From contig CM114271.1 of assembly GCA_050084515.1 (NCBI GenBank), positions 49,042,001 to 49,106,000 of the forward strand: a DNA stretch of 64,000 nt, written 5' to 3'. The translations under genes were made by a program, and so were the position numbers. Every line of letters starts with the position of its first letter. The stretch's first letter is position 1. Positions 56,459 through 64,000 of this stretch are shown here, in pieces. The notes under the pieces were generated by a model that worked only from the letters and a program-made list of their open reading frames with translations, was not told where the DNA came from and did no database searches. The DNA is from Blasia pusilla. Taxonomy: Eukaryota.

Positions 56459-59400
56459 CTAGTAAGGATCCGAAAGGGTCTTGATTAATAGTTCATGTAA
56501 CTCTCCATACCAATTTTTATACTACCCTCTTAAAATGACCTAATTTACTTTTGAAAGAACTGCCATGCTAGTGACGTTAAAATGAGGATGAGGAGCAGAA
56601 ATTTGCATTCTCCAATTGGTTTATAGATCTATTTTCTCATGATTAGAAGGTAGACTTGGGTTCTTTAATGTTGATATTGAATATCTCACTTGTTGCAGTC
56701 GGCGGAGGTAAGCCTAGGATGGCAAAAGCAGGCGACGAAATACATGGTGAAACATCCAACCTATGAAAGATTATAATGATCGCTTCTAACTACGTAGATG
56801 CCACTTAACCCGATATGGCTTGGCCAATAATGAACTACTGTTTTAATTGGCGTTATGAACAACGATGAACGAGTATCACAAAAACTCGGTTCATGACTTT
56901 GAAATGGTTCAAAGTAGTATGAGGGAAAAAAATTACAACCAAGCATTTGTGGGGTTGCTCCACCAACGTAGGTTTCACCCAACCTAAACTTCCTGACTAC
57001 TTCTTAAGAGAACAATAAAATTCCACGACTTCAATAGTTACTTCAAAAGAGTTTACCCACTTTATCCACCTTCCTTCACAGGAGCTCCACAATTCCTTCC
57101 TACTAGCTACACCACTTCTTATGAGAGGCTCTAATGTCCTCATGTCTTATCCTTTCCCACCTGGATTTAAATAAATCCATTTTATTAGAAAGATAAATCT
57201 CAAAAATACGAAGAAAAATAATATATCCCAAGTGAGAAAAAACCAACTCAATGAAAGACAAAATAAATAATTTTTAAAAAAATGAAAAAAGGTTACTGGT
57301 TGATTAGGAACTAATAAGGTGCACGGGTGAAGTAAGGTAGCATAGAGAATTAGATTTCAAATTTTATTTCATCCCAATATTTCTTTATATACTACATTTC
57401 GTGTGTAGTCACCTTCTTTATTTGAATGTTCATCGTTTCCAATCTTAATAGGAATGGAACTTTTCTTCCCTACTCTAGATAATGCTACATACAATTGATC
57501 ATGAGAAAATACATGAGTAGGCAAGTAAATGCCTACTCATGTAAAGTTTGCAAAGTTTGACCTTGAGACTTATTAATAGTCATAGCAAAAGCCGGCCTAA
57601 CAGGGAGTTGAAACCTACGTAGATCAAATGGCAAATGGAAATCTGAAGCAACCAATAGAATACATGGAATAAAAACTCGTTCTCCAATATTCTTCCCACT
57701 GACAATTTCACCATCAATGCAATGTCATATAAATCCATGAATTACTAATCTTGTCCCATTTCCTTGTCCATGTGATCCATTCATGTTTCGTAAGAGCATG
57801 ATTGGCGCACCAATCTTCAAACACAAACGATGCGGAGGAAGTTCAGAAGGCAAGCATATGTTCAAAAACTCGGTTGGGTTGATATGACTCATCCCCTCAT
57901 TCAAAATAGAGTCGACCTTGAGGTAAATATGCTCCTATACAAAATATGTAATGAATTAGTGAGTAAAGGTAATATAAGTATCCAAACTTTCCTAAAACAT
58001 ATTAGTATCAAAACTTCCAAAAAACATAAAAAGGAAAGAAGTAAAAAGGATTATCTCTCCAGGAAACCGAGACATAGTATCTACATTAATGTCGTCAACA
58101 TCTTTATTTCTTAGTATCAAAATAGTCGTATCTCTTAAGAAATCGATGTCATGGAATCGGCTAAGAAAATTGCCATAGATCAAATCAATAAGATCATATA
58201 TCTTCTTACTTTTAGTAGCCATTTCATATGGTAATCGTATAAAATCTTCCCCCAAATGAGGGTGCAAAGGCACGATCCTCTCCCACTTCCAATAACCAAT
58301 CAACAAAAGTTTGTTGTTCATCATGCAAATGACCTTCCAACCTTTGAACTCGCATGTTTATTATCAATTTCATGACCTTTACATTTTACCAAAGAGATGA
58401 CCCCTTTATGGTGGCTTGGATGATTTGCGGCTGATCCCCATGACGAACAACACGCAACACTTGACAAAAATCATCACCAAATACCATAAGTTTTCCACCA
58501 AATAGTAATTATTGTGCCTCATCAGAAACAACTCCCATTATACTTTTTAAAGTTCGATTCACATCCTCAAAGACATGACGATGAGCCATACGTGCTTCGT
58601 CCCATATAATGAGCATTGCCTCACAGATTAAGCGCACTCCATCACTATTGACTGATAAACTACCAACAAAAAGGGAAGAAGATTAGAAGTCGTAATAAAT
58701 GGAGAAATTAAACATTATTTGATGTATTAACGCAATTGTTGAAGTTAATTAGAACAACTAATGGAACTTACTTGCAATTAGAGCTTTCATGAAGATTAAT
58801 GGGGATCTTGAAGCGCGAATCTGTAGTACATCCTCCGTCTAACAATAGGCCAGCTATATCGGATGATGCTACAACTAAAGCTATACCTCTTGCGCTCCTA
58901 CGCTTGCAAGAAGAAGATTATATAAAAATATTTTCCCAATTCCACGTGGACCATCGATGAAATTTTTTTTTGAGATGGTGGAGCATTCGCACATATTTGA
59001 TCAAGATCATCATATATAGCCTCCCATATAATACGTTGTCCTTCATTTAGACTTGCTTCTCCCAATAGCACTTGCTCAAATAATTCTCCGGTATCATATG
59101 ATAGTTGTTGTTTCTCCAAATATGAGTGTGAATGAAGGCTTTCAAAATTAGCTTGGGGCATGTTAGGGAAGTCAGACAGTCTTTTTCCTTGATCTTGTAA
59201 ATAATAATGGACTTCCAATAATGTTGTATTAATGATAGCATCATCAACGGGGAGATTAGGAATTCTTGTTTTCTGCAAGAGAAGAGTTCCAAATCATGGT
59301 TAGTATGTTGGATTCTCAATATAAGATACTATTAGGAAGGAAAAAATTATGAAAGGTAGTATCAAATTCTTATCTAACGTTGTTCATATAAGAGATCTTC

Positions 59401-60103
59401 TACCAGCGGAACCATGAACTGACTCCATAATTTAGCAAGTTGAGTAGGTGTGTTGTAAGCTAGAATAATTGCAAATAGACGACAAAGTGAAGATCTCGTA
59501 CGGATAATGGAAGCTTCTTCGAAGCGAGAAACACCTCCCTATCATCCTCAAGAAGTCCCAATTGGATAGCATCCTCCTTGAATGTTGGACATAATACCCC
59601 ATGAATAATTCTCAAGCATTCGTGTGTAAATGCTCCTCAAACATGATGGAGGAGTAATCTCAACCAATGACGTTCTCCTTCACCTATAAAGAAGTGAAAT
59701 AAATTAGTTCATCTATTTCCATGTATCTTTTTCCGCCACTGATATAAGAGAAAATGTACACTTACTTGCTTTCGAATATTTACCTAGATGAGTTAGATAC
59801 AAGCGGCCAATCGGATGACCACAACCATTTAGTTTTTTTACCCTACGACTCCATCTCTTGTTATTCCAACGATAATATGAAGGAAAATATATATAGAGAT
59901 ATTGTCGCGCAATGGAGTCAAACAAATTAGTTGCAAACCATTGGGTCAGAGTTGTCTCTCTATTTAGTTGCAATACATCATGAGGAGCGTCGACATCATT
60001 GAAATAGACAATTTTTTGCTCAAGAAGATGAACTGCTAATCGCACAATACTTGGAAGTTCATCATGTTGACTAAACTTGAACAGACACCAACATGCTTCC
60101 GAA
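56459..60103 (-). mobile_element. Helitron (Rep/PIF1 helicase), degenerate, intron-containing, truncated by a CACTA insertion
   Basis: EACWCLF...VRLAVHL...TTLTQWF (post-Rep region); LIIWDEA; PAFAMTINKSQGQT; VFSHDQLYVALSRV (~57470-57510). Candidate 3' end is a weak hairpin plus CTAG at 56459-56462 (uncertain). Confidence 0.9.
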
Positions 60104-61393
60104 CACTAGAAGAAATCTTGGTTTTTATGACTGGCTCATATGACTTATGTTAGTCATACATGTCCATAAATGACTAACAATGATTGATGACTCATGAAGT
60201 CAAGAAAGCCTAGTCATGTACCATGCCATGACTAGAGTCATTTTAGGATAACTCTAGTCATTATTAACAATGACAAACATGTCATCAAGGAACGTATGAC
60301 AGAATGTAGTCATATATTCTGATTGCCATGTCAGCATGTGACATGGCAATGACTTGAAGAAAAAAAATGATGTGTTGACACATGGCAGTGATAAATCATG
60401 ACTTAATCATATTCATCACTTGGATTGGTCAAAATGACTTAGTTATCATCTATGACTGAGTCATATCCATCACTCAGATGGTCAAAATGACTTAGTCATA
60501 ATCTATGACTAAGTCCTATCCATCACTCAGATGGTCTAAATGACTTGGTGCTGATGCACTTCTCAATCATATTGATCACGTGGATGGTTTAAATGATTGA
60601 GTCATGAGACATGACTGAGTCATATAGGTTACCAAAATTTGTTAAAATGAGTGAGTCGTGATACATGAGTCATATATTCACTCATATAGGTCACCTAAAA
60701 GTTAGTCATTGTGATCAATTGGGTCATATTGATCTTTTGGATTTGTATGAATGATTTTGTTCTTGAGTCATAAATTATGAACGAGTCATACAGAGGACTG
60801 AGATTTTTCTAAACTGACTCATGATGATTATGTCATAAAATATGACTGGGTCATATCGATTAGTTTGATTTGAAAAAAAGACATAAGATGGACATATATG
60901 ACTCTTGTACATGACTCAGTTTCTTTGATATGACTTACTATCATGTATGACAGTTTTATATTACTTGATGTTCATTATCTCCAAGTGATTAGGGAAATAT
61001 ACTTGAAGTATGGCATTCAAGTAGGATATGATGCCCCTTCCCTATCTCAAGCTTACAACCTTGAATGAAGAAAGACAAGAAAGAAAATCCAGTAGAGAAT
61101 ACCTTCTATTTAGGAGCTAGTTCTACTCCTACTAACAAGTTTCAGATTGAAAGAGAGTGAGCAGGGAGATGATATAATCTCAAACATTAGGAAGAAGTAA
61201 GAAACATAGCTAGATAGAAATACAAGGGCATGCATATATTCATAGAATTGATTTTAAAAATGGCCCATCGTATATCGCAAATATAACTTCATGTAGACTA
61301 AATCTTAGTGTTGGTACGTTATCAAAATTGCATGTGAAACAAAACATCAGCAAGTATTACTAACTGAACTGCATCTACAACTACATGGATACT

Positions 61394-61675
61394 CTAATGT
61401 ACAACTTTCTTCAAGTTCATTTCAGGCGAGAGAATTGAACCCCCAAGAGCATCACCCAAGGTGTATTGAGATGGCAAGTCATGCTCATTTGGCTGCCACA
61501 ACTTATGATCCAAGAAAGCAAGATAGACAGTCTTTAGTTCCACTCGCACTATTCCCGGAGGAATATCACTTCCATGAAATTTTTCCTGTCCACTCAAACC
61601 CACCGCTACACCGTTTCCCAATATTTTCCTACTAAGCTTCGGTTTAATGATGTGAGCTTCATCTCCCACTTGAAG
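61394..61675 (-). pseudogene. Last exon of a CACTA TnpA/Tnp1-like accessory protein
   Basis: ILGNGVAVG...FHGSDIPPGIVRVELKTV...LWQP...TLGDALGGSILSP resembles the Tnp1/En-Spm C-terminal domain. Confidence 0.65.
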
Positions 61676-62294
61676 CTGCAAACACAAGATGGAACAGCAA
61701 GTCACAAATCTCCATAAGTTAGAAAAATGACTTATAACATAGAATGCAATAACCACATGCTTTTACCTTGGTGAAGGTCCAACCTTGGAGAGGTATAAAT
61801 CTTGATAACTTCACAAATCCCACATGACATAAATAATCCTCCATCATTTAAAATATCGAAGTATAAATGTTTAGGATATCTAGAAATATTATCATGAATC
61901 TAATGCACCCTCAAAGTATAATAGAAAATAATTTTACCTTCCCTGTGAGTTTCTTATTGCTCCCAGATTTCATATCGTTGTTGTTTTAGCTGCTTGCAGC
62001 CTGAATTGTGTCGCCTTGTACTCTTCCTAAACGTCTTTTTTTTTCGGTGATGAGTGCTCCACAAGGATGGAATGTGCACATTTTGAGAGTTATTCTTGAA
62101 CTAATGGTGTCAAAAACCAGAATTGCAATATTTGGTGTGCATGAAAATCATACCAATCAGGATGTAATTAAAAAAGGAAAGACACAAACCAACTAGGGTT
62201 GAACCTCCAATTTTTTCTAATGGGGAAGATACCTTCACTTCAGAAGTTTTCCTCACTATCACACAAGCAAGAACATGCATTTAGTACAACCATA

Positions 62295-62298
<4 letters not shown>

Positions 62299-62370
<72 letters not shown>
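62299..62370. repeat. (TA)n microsatellite
   Basis: About 36 TA units. Confidence 0.98.
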
Positions 62371-62371
<1 letters not shown>

Positions 62372-64000
62372 TTTTGTACAATCAGCAAAGAGCTTATTTT
62401 CAACCTTCAACAATTGCCACTGCGCATTGGTCGATCATGCCCATTCGACTCTCTCAACATCTCTTTGTGAGAACCACCACCAATTTTTGCAACTTTTACC
62501 TTCACTTTACCTTCTCTACCTCAACACCAACACGGCTTGCTATATACAGAACAGGGAAATATGATCAACTATTCAAGAATACCTTGAATGATCCAAAATG
62601 AAACCATGCAATGCAAGTGATCATGTCTTACCCTCCCCTTCATCAGAAATGCAGTCTCTTGATGCAAATGGTTGCGTTCTCTTCTTCTCTGATAGCTTGT
62701 TGATCAATAAGCATGGAGAACGCCTCATTCTTACGGTATGCCAAACCCCCTTCCTCACCCCAACCTCCACCACCATGAGATCAACAAACTCGTCCAACGA
62801 GCTTGACTATTCAACAACAACGGGTTGGTGGCATAAATTGGTCGCAACCCCCAATGGGCAAGGTTGGAGAGTGTACAAAGAGCATCCAATCTACATTCCT
62901 TGCTAGTTACAGTAGTGTTAATATTTTTGAAGATGAAAGGAATTGTGGAGATGCACCAACAACAGAGATTGAGCAAAGGGGGGAATCTGCTATGGATAAT
63001 GGTAAGGTTGGAGAGTGTATAGAGAGCATCCAATCTGCATTCCTTGATGTACATAGTAGTTTCGACATTCCTGTGATAGAGAAAAGTGATGAACTGCATC
63101 TTAATATAGATTCTAAAGAGTACAAAAAAAATTCAGAAAGCACTCAAAGTGAGTCCTTATTGCTTGGAGATCATAGTACTAGCTCGAGTGTCCATAAAAA
63201 TAGAGTAGAAAACCTTTGACTATTGAGTACATGTATCCATGGAGAGAGCAGATCTCAGCGATTATGTGGTGGCTTATGATTTGAGTACACATGGGCAAGT
63301 AAGATCTAGAGGTATTCAAAAGAGGCAACATATATGTCTCCACAGAGAGAGCCATCACCTCCATGCATAGCGAGGGAGGCTGAAAAAGAGAGTAATGACC
63401 ACTTTAGTGATAAAAAATATTCCACTAGCAACGATGAGTTTGAAGACACTCCATCTTCTACTGGAGTTGAGAGCCTCGTCCTTGTGGATAAGGACCTTGA
63501 TGCTGATTTCCCAATTGACCAAGAATGTGCGAGGAAGATAAGGGGAAAAAAAAAAGACAAGCATTCTTACTTGGTGATATTCTTGCTGAGTAAGGAGTTC
63601 CCCCATTTGCATAATGTATATTCTCTTAATTGAATTTCCATCATGATTTTTTTTCTTCCTTGTACTTCACGTGTATATAGAAAAACAGAAAGATTTGATT
63701 ACTTATAGATGATTAATGGTGAAATGCTTGTTTGGAAAGCTAGGCTCAAACCAGCAAAGGAAACCTGGAAAGCCTTCCCTTCTAGAGTAGTAGTGGTAGA
63801 GGGTGTTGAAGTGCGACGAAGTTCAGGTTGAGATCAAAGGAGAGCTTACCTAATATGATTGAAAGCACAAAGGATAATACTGTGAGAGATCCTGATTATA
63901 TGCCACCTCAACATATGGATTTCCAATCTGATGATGATGAGGGCATGCCTTATCGTTCTATTGAGAACCAAGACTTTGGACCGACAATCCATCTCAAACA

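Larger units (their letters stand above)
60104..64000 (-). mobile_element. CACTA (En/Spm) transposon, one end; extends an unknown distance, possibly past the window
   Basis: Terminus CACTAGAAGAAA at 60104 cuts the Helitron ORF. Dense ATGACT/AGTCAT subterminal repeats at 60125-60950. Confidence 0.8.

Noticed and set aside
60125-60950. Repeat array superficially like CRISPR or a satellite
   Set aside because: No fixed repeat-spacer period, eukaryotic context, and it adjoins a CACTA terminus.
63715-63785. LVWKARL...ETWKAFP resembling a chromodomain
   Set aside because: Too short and lacks the aromatic-cage and KWKGY pattern.

Overview
Eukaryotic, land-plant-type genomic DNA (spliceosomal introns, a chloroplast-targeted CURT1 gene). 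A non-flowering lineage is my inference only. Two host genes, the 3' part of an alpha-tubulin (123-1756) and a 5-exon CURT1A (54132-55846), flank about 50 kb of nested transposons. The most notable element is a Ty3/gypsy LTR retrotransposon family (40025-52507, an older copy at ~5950-12480, a gag relic at ~28.7 kb). Its pol carries a DNMT3-like C5 cytosine methyltransferase between protease and reverse transcriptase, and a PHD finger after the integrase. All copies here are pseudogenised. The main copy also has an unusual split terminal-repeat layout and a 4.3-kb internal inversion. Also present: a second gypsy with extra ORFs (14250-26673, TSD CTTGC), three solo LTRs inserted at ACG(C/T), a LINE sitting inside a (GA)n tract, a hAT MITE, a long-TIR element, a Helitron interrupted by a CACTA element, and EDM2-like PHD and DRP3 dynamin gene fragments. 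Coordinates were read by eye and no database searches were run.
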